Below, in pieces: positions 1-21,029 of a stretch of 64,000 nucleotides of DNA. How positions within the stretch are numbered: position 1 is the stretch's first letter; each line of letters starts with the position of its first letter. Both the position numbers and the translations under genes were made by a program. The DNA is from Lingula anatina (Eukaryota; Animalia; Brachiopoda): positions 7,006,001 to 7,070,000 of the forward strand of contig CM120645.1 of NCBI GenBank assembly GCA_051362555.1. Direction: 5' to 3'. A model generated the notes under the pieces. The model had not been told where the DNA came from and ran no database searches. It saw only the letters and a program-made list of their open reading frames with translations.

Positions 1-500
1 TTCGGAGTATCATACCCCAGAATAAATTTTGTAGCACGACTGCGGGCTCATCCACGCTCGGCTGAACAACCTGAAACTGTACTCTTACTTTAGAGTACTC
101 TATTTTATTGTCTCTATGGGGGTATATGGGAACTTTACGACATTCGGTTTGAATGTTTTAACCACTTTGATAGGGCTTTTTTTTTTGCATTGTATTAGAT
201 TAATGTGGCAGTCTTAGGTTCATCTAGGTGGCTTTCAAATTTATGCGCCCGGTTTTAAAATCATATAGCGATTTTACGACAATCGTTTACTATCCAATCA
301 AAGTGACAGCCGAGCATGCCAGGGCTCATCCTGTCGGTGTTCTGGCTGATACTCTGAAATGCGATCTGATACACACCTTGAAAACGGGTAGTGTGGTCCG
401 ATATACCGGTTAATTCAGGATCCTTAGGTGCCGAGTCTGGTAGTTGGGAAGGCCTGAGTATCCACGAGGGGGTTAGAGACATCAGATCTCTATAAACTAA

Positions 501-532
<32 letters not shown>

Positions 533-546
533 CTCGTCCGAGTGGG
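1..546. repeat. Probable interspersed repeat running off the window start, ending in (CT)n and ...GAGTGGG|TTAA (possible piggyBac-like terminus or SINE tail)
   Basis: Relatively GC-rich non-coding segment followed by (CT)n at ~500-525. Read on the - strand the end is TTAA|CCCACTCGG, the piggyBac-type CCC terminus plus TTAA site. The other end is not in the window, so the class is uncertain. Confidence 0.3.
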
Positions 547-584
547 TTAATATTAGGACATGTAAATTCGTATGTCCTAGGTTA

Positions 585-1676
585 GGCCACACTTTTTTAT
601 TTTTATGGATGACATCCTCTGGGGACCCCAAAATCGGTGCGAGCGGGCGAAAAAAAAAAACAGTCCACAAAAAAAAAAAAAAAAACTGCTTAAGAAAAGT
701 TATGTTTTCAGTACACAGCTGGAAACACTAATTTACCACGGAAACACGTATCAAACTAACAATATGTCTTTATCCATGCTCTCAAAATATTAAAGTATTG
801 TGAATAGGGCCTACTAGTAGGCCTACTTCGTAGAAAGGTAAAAAGTCATGAATATATATGCTGCATATTACCAAATCTATTTAAGGTTATTTTATGCATT
901 CTGTTGGTATAGCAATCAATAAAACAAATATCAAATAAACAGCGTGTCTTTATTTGTACTCTCAGAAAATTAAAGCATTGTAAACACTTCACAGAATTGT
1001 TAAAAAAATGAAGCAAAGATATAGGCCTATGCTTCCTACTACCAAATCTAAAAAAGGTAATTTCGGTCGATGCCATTTTGTCTACTTCGACTCACACCTA
1101 GCAGCCAACTATCGGGTGACCTGTCCGACCTTCAGTCCACCAAATACCACGACGCTCTTGTCGACCCTTTTTTCACTACAAAAAAACCCTGGTAGCCTAT
1201 GTGCTGCTTTGGACAGAATGTCACTGAAATTTTCCGGGCGATGATCGCTGGCCGCGGCCAGCCTTTCGTATAATTGTAAAAGGGTGATATCTCCATGTCC
1301 AATATCAATGGCAAACCAATCCAAAACGACGGCCCACATTCTCTTTATAACTTTAATTGTCGTGTATTTTGAAATTAATGCTAGAGATGAATTTGACGGC
1401 AAAGCGGCCATATTTCCATGTGGTGATAATACGCATGCGCAGAAAGCTCATTTTCCGCACTCGGAACTACTCGGATGTCTCCGCAGTCGACAATGACAGT
1501 ATAGAGCTTGCGGAATTAGCCGAGGATTGCCGATTGCATTTTCCGGCAAATTCAATAACGACGTTTGCGACAACCGACTTCCTTGAGGGGGGGATTTTTT
1601 TTTTTTTTTTTTTGGAGAACGGACGAAAATCGGTGCGCGCGCAGTATGTCATCCATAAAAATAAAAAAGTGTGGCC
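585..1676. mobile_element. Non-autonomous TIR DNA transposon, PIF/Harbinger-like
   Basis: About 31 bp terminal inverted repeats (GGCCACACTTTTTTATTTTTATGGATGACAT at 585; reverse complement ending 1676), flanked by a TTA duplication (582-584 and 1677-1679). No intact transposase. Confidence 0.8.
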
Positions 1677-1819
1677 TTAATGGTTTTATTGACACCAACT
1701 AGGAATGATCGTTATCATACGTTAAATTAACTAAAACTGTATTCACATAAATACCATATATTTATAGGCCTACTCTACAGGGTGTACTCTCTTCAGTAAC
1801 TGACCCCCCCCCCCCTACT

Positions 1820-1855
<36 letters not shown>

Positions 1856-2953
1856 CCAGCCTACAACAAACCGCGTTGACCATCATATGACCACCTTACC
1901 TCTCCCTTGATTTATAGGGCTCTTTGGTTTCGACATTAGACGTTCTTCCTCGATCTTCCTCGCTCTTACCACTCCTTTTTATATCCTTTGTGGGTCGTTT
2001 TTTTTACCAAGTCCCAGGCACCGGTAGATTATATACTTTCTATGTGTACTGTTCTGACTGTTTTATTATTATTTTACCAGAACAGTGTGGTTTGTGTGTG
2101 TGTGTGTGTGTGTGTGTAGACAGGTTTCTATTCCTTGCTAAACATTTCGCTATCCCTGTTTACTTCGAGGTCAAATTTATTTCTTACCGAACACAAGTTG
2201 CTATGAGAACATGATATATATAGTTCTTTTATATTACATGATATATATTGTAAACCGCCGGCCTGTTTTCCTTTTTTCCCCGTCCTCTTCCCCATAAGAA
2301 ACAGAACACTGGCCAAGAGAGTAACAAATAACACCGCACAGTGAACACCGCAAACTTTCGTGACAATGCCCTGTTTTTTTTAGAGAAGTTTGCGGTGACT
2401 AATCTTAGATGTGCTATATTGAGGCACGGTTAATACAGGGCAAAATATAGGTGGAGGGTGACCTGACTTGGTGATACCCCCCCCCCCCCCCCTCCTACGT
2501 ATGCTTTTTCTACGTGGGCGCGTATTATAAATGCAATCTCTTAACTCTTCTTGGAAGTGGAATTATCATTCTTGCACCAAAGTGAAAATGAACCAGCCAA
2601 ATAAAGAAAGAAATTACGAAAATGTTTTATACTACTAAGATGGTGGTCAGTTTAGAGCTATTTTACCAAAAGTATTTTTGTAGCCTATATTTCTTTATTT
2701 TAAAATGATTATTGTTACTCACTGTTTTTTTTTTTTTTTTTTCATTTTTCGTTCGTAAAATAAAACAGTAACGACGAACGTTTACAGAGATTACAAACAT
2801 AAGGTAAAAGTTTTAACTTGGACATGTTTTTTAATCCGTGAACTGAGCCTATGTATGGTTACACAGAATACTTTTATCTTATGTCTTTGCATGCAATATT
2901 TGCCTGTGCTTGTGTGTATGTAAAAAGGCCTTTACGTACCAAAAACTAAGTGT

Positions 2954-2992
<39 letters not shown>

Positions 2993-3017
2993 TTGATGAT
3001 GTGATGCTTACTTTCAG

Positions 3018-10999
<7,982 letters not shown>

Positions 11000-12399
11000 G
11001 TTTTGTCACCACGGGAACTGAAGGAATCGCAGGATGAGGTTCACAGACAGCAGGTTTATGAGGCGATTTTATGATACCGGGCGGCGTGGCCTATGAATTA
11101 ATACACTTCCACAGTAACTTTGAATTATATAAGAACCAACTTACGCAAATTCTGACCATGTTTGAAAAATGGCTCAACAGCTGCTTTTATTTAGCTGTAG
11201 TTTATCTACACCAACCAATTATAAAATTGCATTGTAGCCATGCATCTTATTATATTTTTAATGATACATTGTGCTTTTTTGTAATGTGTTTTAAGACGTG
11301 CTATTTTAGCTGTGATGTTTTTTTTTTTTTCATTTTTATACATTTGATGAGACAGTATAATACATACATGTCCGTGTAGGCATTGGTTCTTTGTGCCATT
11401 TGCATTTGCGCAGTAGGCCTATTCTTTGTATCTGTGGCTCTGAAAGAAGTTTGTTTGCTTCGGAGTTGAAATGGTTGTGTTCGAAAAATTAATTGTGCGT
11501 GTACCAGGTAAAAGAAGAGGCGCACATAAGTTGCCTAGTCATGATAAAGAATCGACCGAGCTAGTGTTTAGAGCTTACAAGTTTGACTTAGAACGTGTTG
11601 CTTTAAAGCTCATATGTTAATTATGGGGACCAAAAGATCGTTGGCTGTCAGTGATTTTTGAACAGTAATTTTTGATCTGTATTTGGAGTAAGCTTCTCTT
11701 TGCTCTCATTTGTTTTTGAATTATTGTTATCAATCAGAATTAGACACGCAATCAATTCCAGGTTTCTTAATTTATGTAACAAGTGAAATCACCTCGTGTA
11801 CCTGTGTACCACACGTAGTCATCAGCACATTGTTAAAATGAGTCTACGAGTTTAAAGCTGTATCTTTATTCAAATATTATCAAAGTGAACCTTTTTACTT
11901 AAACACCAACATGTGCTTTATTTTGTTTTATTTTCTTTTATATAAAAGAAGAGTAGCCTAAAATCCGAGGCTTGTCAAGACTTTAAGTACGTTATGTTTA
12001 ATCATGGAAGTTTTCCAGTTATTCTTTCATGATTAATATACTGAAGATGGACTGAAAGAGAATGGAACTTAAAAATTCAGCTTTACAACCGGAGATCAGA
12101 AGTCAGTAATAACTACAATAAGATAGGCCTATTATCAAAATGTTTACAACGCAAAAATTTACATTTGTTCCAAGATTGAGCTCTCCTATGGCAAAAGTTA
12201 AACACGGTACATGTAGATGTTGCAGAGACCACAACCAGCCATTTATCGGGGCACTACCAGGATGAGAACGAAGTTAATAAAGGAAGTTTTGTCGTTTTCT
12301 ATCCATGACATCTTATACATTGTACATGTAATTGGTAAATACAAGGGTGGATCCAGGGTTATTTGAACGGGGGCCGGTGTCCGCGAATACGAAGCCGAC

Positions 12400-12528
12400 C
12401 CCTCAGGAAAAAGTCCTATAGGATCCTAAAAGGATATCCCATAAGATCCTATAAGATCCTATAGGAAATTGGCCCAATTTCCTATAGGCTGCTATAGGAT
12501 CTTATGGGATATCCTTTTTTTGTTAGGG
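12400..12528. mobile_element. Palindromic ~130 bp MITE, CACTA-like termini
   Basis: Starts CCCTCAGG, ends GTTAGGG, with an AC duplication on both sides (12398-12399, 12529-12530). The interior is a foldback of GGATATCCCATAAGATCCTATA / TATAGGATCTTATGGGATATCC around GGAAATTGGCCCAATTTCC. Confidence 0.65.
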
Positions 12529-12665
12529 ACCCCCCCCCCCCTCTGCCCGCCCGGAGGGCCCCAAAAATTTTACGTATTTTAGAGGATGAACGGTGCCATT
12601 TGGTACGGTTTAGAACTATGATTCAGCTAGTCAAAATTCTAGTTTCAAGAGGGGACCATTAGTGT

Positions 12666-12698
<33 letters not shown>

Positions 12699-12710
12699 CG
12701 AGGGGAGGGG

Positions 12711-15700
12711 GGCGCACGAAAATGCAGTAGTATCGAAGTAGCAAAGCATTAAGGCAGTAGTGGTGTGGAGCATATCTGCAGTAGAAATGCAGCATAGCCT
12801 ACTGCAATTCTATTCCAAAAAGTACCCAGATAGCATGCATACGTTGGGCCAACGTTGGCCCAACGTTGCCTTGGTTGACCATGCAACGTTGGCCCAACGT
12901 TGGGTTTCCATCTAAGTGCTCACTTTGGCCAACGGTTGGCTGAACGTCTTTTTAATGCCAACGCATTGCCAACGTATTCCCAACCAAACTGCGTTGGCCC
13001 TACATTGGGCCAACTAATAACCAACATTGGTCCAACAATTACCCAACCTGTAACCAACAGTGCATTTACGTTGGTCCTACTAATAACCAACATCAGTCCA
13101 ACGATTACCCAACCAAACTGCGTTGGCCCTACATTAGGCCAACTAATAACCAACATTGGTCCAACAATTACCCAACCTGTAACCAACAGTGCAATTACGT
13201 TGGTTCTACTAATTACCAACATCAGTCCAACAATTACCCAACCTCAAACCAACAATGTATCCGCGTTGGCCCAATGGTAGGCCAACTGGTCACCAAGTTA
13301 TCTGCAATTTGCACAACAAATTATGACCCAACCTAAAACCAGGGGCACAGTGATTTACAGTAACCCAACATTGAGCTAAAGGCAAAATCTTTTTTTTGGA
13401 ATCACATAGGTAGTAGGGCACTGTAATTACACATCTGATGCACAGGCAGATCAATGTCCTGATGAAATATCTTGAGCATCTGAAATCTGCAAACTGCAAG
13501 ATATGGCTGAAAAATTGGCAAGGTTTCTAAGGGATGAATCCTTCAGAGGACTTGATCTGCCTGTGATCATTTACACTACACCTGGAAAATTGTCAATTAA
13601 TAATTGTAGTTGAAACAAAAAGATTAGTGATATATTTTGAACTGTTTAATTAATTCATAACATTACATAAAACAAATACATTACACCAACTAAATAATGA
13701 TATGTGAATTGAAATATAATACAAAAAGACAACAAAGAAAAATTTTATAAGATATTATAATATTAAATTTAAACATTAATAAGTGTGTCTTATATCAATT
13801 GTTACATGATTCACATCAAAAAACTTTTAACAGTCCTATGACTTTTCACCTTATTCCTGGAGTCGAGGCATTTTTCTACTAGTAAAGTCTTTTTTTGCCC
13901 CATTTCAATTTTTAAAAACATTTTCATTAAATTAAAATTTAAATTTAAATTTAAACCTGAAACCCTTGTTAATGTCAGGTAAGATGCTTTTTATAGGAAC
14001 TTTCATAAGTTATATGTCAAGTCTATAAAATCACAGTCTCTTCCGTCAGGCAAAATCTCAGACATTGTCTCTTTAAAAATCAAATCAGGGGTCATATGAG
14101 TTCAATCTTGTGTTTTTTCTCTCTTTCCTGTCCTGCACCTGCATGATCTTTGGCAAAGCACGATTAGTTAGGTGTATCTTCAACATCTTTTTCTGAACAG
14201 TCACAGAAGAGTGTGCTGCACCTACAAATTTAAATATTAAAAACACTTGAAATATAATGCTAGAATTGGTATGGTACATAACATGACTGTACCTCTTCCC
14301 CCATATTTCATATACAAACTAGTACTAGTAGGTGTGTATTATATGATAATCTCCCCACCTTTTCTAAGTTAGGCAAAAGCCAATATCTTAACTTTAAAAG
14401 TGTGTGTCTTGTGTGCAGTAATTTATAGTGATTTATTTAAATTAGTTCTTACGTGTACACTTGACCATGAATTCAGTTTTTAGACAACTGCAATGTACCA
14501 CTAAATTCCACATCATTTAATCATTCCAACAACTCTATCACAGAATTTACTGGCCAGGATTCATACAGACACATAAGAACAATTGGCTTCCAAGGACTTT
14601 TAAGGCTCTAAATCAAATCATTTTCAATGATTTTAACTAATGAGGGCAAGTTTTACATTAATACAGTTATATTAAAGTGTACATACCAAAGGAAAAAGGG
14701 CTCATTTCATTTAAACTTTGTCTTTGTAACACATTGATGATGAAAAGTTGAAAATAAAAGTACAAGTAATGATGTATTAAAAGGTATTACCCCCATCTGT
14801 GAATTATTGTCTGTATTCATCTCAATAAACTACAAAGTTTTAAATAATATTTTTACAAAGACAAAATGCTGAAATGCAAACCTTTTTCAAGCCTAATAGC
14901 ATTTTCAAGTACTTTTCAAAGTTACATTTAAACTAGAGCCATTTAAACTAGTTACATTTAAACTAGTCCAAAGTGCTGGACTAAATTTGAACACTTTTCA
15001 AGGCTGTATGGATCCTGGTGCATCAGTAAATAATGGGAAAATACACAATTAAAAAGTCACTTACCAGTACATGCTCACTTCTTATCCTGTCTCTTTATCT
15101 CTTCATTTTCTAATTTCCAAAAAGATGTCTTCTTTCTATATCCAGAAACCAATGCTTTCAGCTGTAATTCTTGCCTCTTCCTTAGAACATTTCTGACCTT
15201 CTGGCTTAGATTTTTGAATTGGCTCAACGGTCAGCGCGCTTAAGACTGCTATGTATAGTTGTTTGACCTGTTTGAGCAGGCAGTAGGCAAACTGTTTATA
15301 TCAAACTGACAGTTAAGATAAACACCTGGCTTGTAATGAATCTGGTCCAGTGAAAGTTACCAGTGTACTTTAATCAAAAGTCAATTGATGCTAACTATAA
15401 AGTTTAAAATTTATATATTGTGCAATTGTACATTATAATAAGATTTCAATCATTTGTCTGATTTCAATAACAATAATAATAATAATAGCAATAATAATAA
15501 ATATGTTTCACAGCATTATTTAAAAATATAAATCTGTTCACTCAGTAATTTTTTTATAGGTGAAGTCTATGTACTATATACTATATCCATTCAGAAAAAA
15601 AGACAAAATGAAAAATATATATATATGAGAGTATATAGCTTGGAAGACAAATAAAAGTAGAACACTGTTTTTTAGCCCAAGGAATTTGACAAACTCTTAA

Positions 15701-16243
15701 TAAAAAAAAAAATTTTAATCCTAAAAACTATATGTTACTGATCAATAGATCGATAAGCACATGTGATTCTCAGTTGTGAACAGAAACATTTTTATTATAA
15801 CAGAAACATTATTCATTTCTATTGAGTTGTTAATTGGATACGTTGGCCCAACGTTAGGCCAACGTATGCAACAAATATGCACACGTTGGCCCAACGTTGG
15901 GCCAACGTGAGCATATTGCAGTTATGTTGTGCATATTATGATGTGGTTGGGCCAACGTTGGGCCAACGTATTACTACCAACGCCAACTATGTGCCAACAA
16001 ACCAACGATTCCCCTACGTTGGCCCAACGTATGCTTGCTATCTGGGTACATAGGTTTGTACAGAGAGGAGCATGCATGATAGATTGGCAGCATGATAGAA
16101 GCATGTTTCAAATATGCTAATTAGCTCCCAAATCGAAGCAGATTTGAAGCATGTTTGCAGTATGATTGCAGTAGTCTACTGCGGTTTGCAGTATGATTGC
16201 AGTAGTCTACTGCGCTGGAGTATCTACTGCGTTTTCTTGCGGG
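12711..16243. mobile_element. Older TIR element (host) interrupted by a younger CACTA insertion
   Basis: Left end GGCGCACGAAAATGCAGTAG matches the reverse complement of the right end (CCCGCAAGAAAACGCAGTAG). Both remaining halves (12711-12822, 16049-16243) carry GCAGTAG/CTACTGC subterminal repeats. Confidence 0.6.
12825..16046. mobile_element. Non-autonomous CACTA/EnSpm (CMC)-type DNA transposon, 3.2 kb
   Basis: About 31 bp TIR CCCAGATAGCA(T/A)GCATACGTTGGGCCAACGT with 1 mismatch. CCCAG fits the CMCWR terminus; TA duplication at 12823-12824 and 16047-16048. Dense subterminal TTGGCCCAACGTTGG repeats at both ends, including a 129 bp tandem duplication (~12980-13240). AT-rich interior with no transposase. 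Confidence 0.85.
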
Positions 16244-16529
16244 GGGGGGGGGAGTCAGGACCTCAACATTTTCTTCACTTTCTTAGTCGAATGTCGTCGT
16301 CATTCTGTGGTCTCGCAGAAGCAACGTGAAGTTAATGTGCATGGTAATGTTACAGCCTCGCCGGCTATAAAATTCTTGCTGATATACAGCTATGCTGCAT
16401 AATTCTATCCGACCCTTTCCTTTTGCTTCCGTAAACTAATAAAGTGTAGGTAAAATGGGCAATATGCTCTTATTCGATTCTAATTATCTAACAATCTTCA
16501 GGATAGGCCAAATTTCCCTTCGCAAAATG

Positions 16530-16532
<3 letters not shown>

Positions 16533-16581
<49 letters not shown>
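16533..16581. repeat. (GA)n microsatellite just upstream of ALG12
   Basis: About 24 GA units ~140 bp upstream of the ALG12 ATG. Confidence 0.9.
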
Positions 16582-16586
<5 letters not shown>

Positions 16587-16717
16587 TGGATAGGAAATTT
16601 ATAACTTCTACATCCTCCCCCCACCTTGTCACTCTCCACACCGGTTTCTATCACACTTACTCGGAGCTTGTCTTGCCGTTTCGCCTCAAATCGAGGCAGT
16701 AGCAGAAGAGATCGGCT

Positions 16718-18300
16718 ATGCTCACTGAAATTTTAACCTATTTCGTTGTTCTGGGACACGTATTAGTTTGTCCCTATACTAAAGTTGAGGAGAGTTTTAA
16801 TCTACAAGCTTCACATGATATTCTGTACCATGGTCTGAATATAACGCAGGTAACTCATTAGTCCATTTACAAATGTGTCAGCCGTCTTAGAGTCACATGT
16901 ACATGAACAGGCCGACATGTACATGATACATATTCAACTTGTGCATCGTCTCTTGGTGGACCTTGAAGTTGACTAAAGCTTAACAGTGGTTAAAGAAAGT
17001 GTATAAAAACATCAACGTCATTGTAAAATCCATATGTATGGGTAATAATGCACCCCAGGCTTTGGTCTTCACACCCCAGTGTTTTTTAATTGAGTACTAA
17101 CTTTAAAAAACATTAAATTAATGTATGGGAACTTTAATATTAGCAAGGAATCGAATATTAGGTATCGAATTGATTTAAGAGCTAACTGTAAAACTTTTCT
17201 AAACCAATTTGCATTGATCAAGCTGCTGCATGATTTTAGAAAACCATTCAAAACCAAAGATCAGGTGGAAGTGGGTGGGGGGTGGGGTGGGGGGGGTAGT
17301 GCCTCAGAACCTCCACTTTAAACTCATCTCCAGAAGTACCATGCAATGGGCATTATGGCATTTATGTGCACATACACTGTATAGACAGTTTACATAATTT
17401 ATTATGATTTTTTTCTATTTTCTCCCCAGTGTTTATACCCATTATCTAATACAATTAACAGTATAATTCAGTAATATTATTTATTCCTATTGTTCCCCAG
17501 TATAGCTACTTAGTATCTGAGACAGTTGACATAATTTATTATAATTTATGTTTATTTAACTCTCCAGTATGACCACTTAGAATTTCCTGGAGTGGTACCA
17601 AGGACTTTCCTGGGGCCTCTACTTGTATCTGCCGTCTCCTGGCCTCTGGTCACTCTGGTTAACTATGCTGGACTGACCAAACTGGTCAGTCAGTTGATTG
17701 GTAAGTGATATACTGGATATGATGAATGCTGTATAGTACATTGTCATTATCTACTGTTTCAGATTTTTCTTCCTGTCTTTGTCATTGGCTTAATTTCTCA
17801 TCCTTCTCATTTTTACTATCATCCTTTTTGTCTGATGTACTGGTAAGTATCTCAGTCTGGATAGAAATAATTATACTGTTTTAGATAAAAATGCTGTGAG
17901 TCTGTAACAGCAGTGACTGAAATCTGAGACAGGGTTTCAGTGATATAATCTAGATAAAAAGTATGATTCTTCATTTTAAGTTTGTATTTTCCTTTGCTGT
18001 TGTTGTCCTCATTGTTTTTTCTTTCTCTTTCACAACTGAAACTCGTGGTGCACATCCTCATTATAAGATTGGGATTTGAAAGCAATATTTTACCTTGCAG
18101 TGCGCGGTGTTCTTGGTGTATGTGTGGCGTGGTCACTACTACAATTTAAGAATGCAGTGTCAGGAATATTTGGTCAAATGGCTGGAAAGTGGTTACTGCT
18201 GGTCACCATGTCACAGTTCCATTTCATGTTTTATGCATCAAGGACTCTGCCAAATATATTTGCCTTAGCATTAGGTGAGTTAAAATATACATTACATGAA

Positions 18301-18390
<90 letters not shown>

Positions 18391-21029
18391 AAATTTTCCC
18401 ATTTGCTTGTATGAAATAATATAGTAAATTATTTATTATTTATTATTTCATAAACAATACCCTTGCAGTCCTTCTGGCACTGAAGGCGTGGCTGAAACAA
18501 GATCATGCCCAGTATGTGTGGCTATCTGGCTGTGCTGTGATCATCTTCAGATCAGAACTTGTTCTCCTCCTGGGACTTATGGTTCTCATGGAGTTAGTTA
18601 CTTTGAGGCTTAAAATAGGGACTCTGCTGAAACATGGGGTGTTGGCAGCTGTGGTATGGGTTGGTGAGTATTTTCAAATATATACTTGTACTTGTTTCAG
18701 ACAAAACCGAATTTTTATTGCTATCAAATTCTGTTTTTTTGGTAGATGTTGTTGCTAGACTAGTCTAGATTGATTAAGATAATTTCAACTGATATTTCCA
18801 TATGAGATGAAAGTGTGTGAAGTTTTGTATTATAGGTTATTTTCAGAACTAATCTGATTTTTGTCATCTGTAGATGATATACACAAATATTATCACAGAT
18901 TTCAGATAGATTGGCTGTATTTTCCAAAACAGTATTTAAATTTGAATTATAAATTAGAACTGAAATTTGGCATGTCCCTTTAACTGTTCATTTACCTTGA
19001 AGTATCTGTATGCATGATGAGGCAATTGTAATGTTAATATAATCTAGTGAATACATTTTTAACTTTCAGGAGCTACAGTATTGGTGGACTCGTGGTTCTG
19101 GCAGAGATGGCTGTGGCCAGAAGGAGAGGTCTGGTGGTTTAATGTGGTGCTCAATAAAAGTTCTCAGTGGGGTGTATCCTTGAAGTCCTTATCAATTGGA
19201 AGACCTTATCATTTTGCCAAACCATTAATGGACTGATCTGAGAAAATTCAAAACACATGATAGATATCAGTATACATGTACATAGCCTTAACCAGTATTG
19301 CCAGACACACCCATTCCTGTGGTATTTCTACTCAGCCTTGCCCAGAGCCATGTCCAGCAGCATGGTGTTGATTCCCCTGGGTTGTTACCTGGACAGGAGA
19401 CTGGGGGTCATTGCTTTTCCAGCGGTAGGGTTTGTCCTCCTTTACTCTGTCCTTCCACACAAGGAGCTGAGGTTTATAATCTACGTGGTGCCGATGTTGA
19501 ATGTCATTGCGGCAGTAGTCTGTGCTAGATTGTGAGTATAGTGATTAACTGAATCCTGAAATACTAAAAGGGAAATGCCATTGTGTAGGGCTTCAAATAA
19601 ATAAAATTATTATTATTATTATTTCTTGTTATTGAAGTTTTTTTAGCTCAGTTTGATCTGTTCAGGCATGACTAAGAGAAGTGAGGATTATAAACAGTGT
19701 ATTGACATCCCTGGGGCAAGTTCAGATCTACGCCCATTGTAGTGAATAGAACAGTTGAACAGCAGTGATGTCTCTGTTATATTACACATTACAATGGGCA
19801 AAAATCTTAACTTGTACCAAACCATATAATGTCATATGCCACCTGTTAAGTAAAATCTTTTATTCTTAGATGGAACAACAGAAAAAAGTCTGTGTGGAGT
19901 AAATTCCTGGCCCTGGGTGCCTGTGGGCACCTGTTAGTCAACCTCTGTACCACTGGAGCTTTTTTGTATATCTCCCACCTAAATTATCCCGGAGGAACTG
20001 CTATGTATCGTCTCCATCAGCTGGAGGCAGGAAATAAAGGTATCAGGCTTTATTGGCAAACTGATCATTTGTGACTTTGAGCTGTGGGGTTGTAATTGTG
20101 AATTCGAAATATATATAAAATAAACTGGGATTTCATGGTGCAATCATAAAAATACTTGTCGCAAACACCACATTATAAACTGCAAATCACAAATCCCCTT
20201 CGCTTCACATTTGGAATGGTTTTGTCGAAGACTATTTAGAAATCAATTCATTACTACCATGATATTTCAATATTAAAATATGCTAAAAAAAGTAACTCAT
20301 AGTCAGGAAAAAAATCTCTATGTATATAAAACGGAGAGAGATCCAGATGAAAGGTGGACTAATCATTTACAGTTATAATGCAGTGGTCATTACAAGTTTA
20401 ATTTTTCCAATCTAAAAGTTAAATCAAAATCAGTTGAAAAGGAGTGAAAAGGACCTGTAAACTATTTGCCAGTGCCCTGTTTGTAAATTTATTAAGCAGT
20501 TGGTTGTAATTTCTGTATTTCAGTTGTACATGTTCACATAGATGTGCCAACAGCTCAGACAGGTGTGTCTAGATACACACAGGTGCATCCATACTGGAGG
20601 TGAGGCTTTGTGTTTGCTGTAAGAAAGGGAGACAATTTTCTTTTTCGACTGGCAAGATGTTTTTTTATCTTTTACAGTTGTTAGTTTTTTTATTCTGCAG
20701 GAACATTTTCAGATCACTCAAAAATGTATTTGATATCATTTATAGCCAATTTGCACAAAAGTAAGATTTTTTTATATTCATAATTTGTAACATCTTTTAG
20801 GTACAACAAAACAGAAGATCTAGAACCCGGAGGCAAGGAGATGATGTCATACACTCATCTTATGATAGGAACAGAGAGCAGTGAAAATGGCAAACTAAAA
20901 CCTTACAGGGATACTCATGATATAATAGCGGAAATTCCAGGCTTTGAGAGATTGCATTTGAATGTTAAATCTTTTCCACCTGTAAAAGTGATAACCAGAC
21001 CTAAGATTTTTATTTTGAAGAAAAAATGA
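16718..21029 (+). CDS. ALG12: Dol-P-Man:Man7GlcNAc2-PP-Dol alpha-1,6-mannosyltransferase
   Basis: 9 exons, approx. 16718-16849, 17568-17700, 18101-18274, 18469-18663, 19070-19173, 19305-19531, 19870-20039, 20524-20599, 20801-21029. Hallmarks: [84 protein letters not shown]; C-terminal KKK (ER-retrieval-like). Confidence 0.97.
18303..18384. repeat. (TA)n microsatellite
   Basis: About 40 TA units in ALG12 intron 3. Confidence 0.95.
19174..19304 (+). other. U12-type (minor spliceosome) GT-AG intron in ALG12
   Basis: 5' splice site GTATCCTT; branch point CCTTAAC (19286-19292) 12 nt before the end; no polypyrimidine tract. Splicing yields the conserved NKSSQWG|THPFLWYFY. Confidence 0.92.

Noticed and set aside
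12900-13280. 126 aa and 100 aa ORFs on both strands with 43 aa repeats
   Set aside because: Produced by the subterminal repeats and 129 bp duplication of the CACTA element; no splice context or domain.
12825-13300. CRISPR-like short palindromic repeats (TTGGCCCAACGTTGG)
   Set aside because: Irregular spacing, no unique constant-length spacers, no cas genes, eukaryotic context; mirrored at the other element end, so transposon subterminal repeats.
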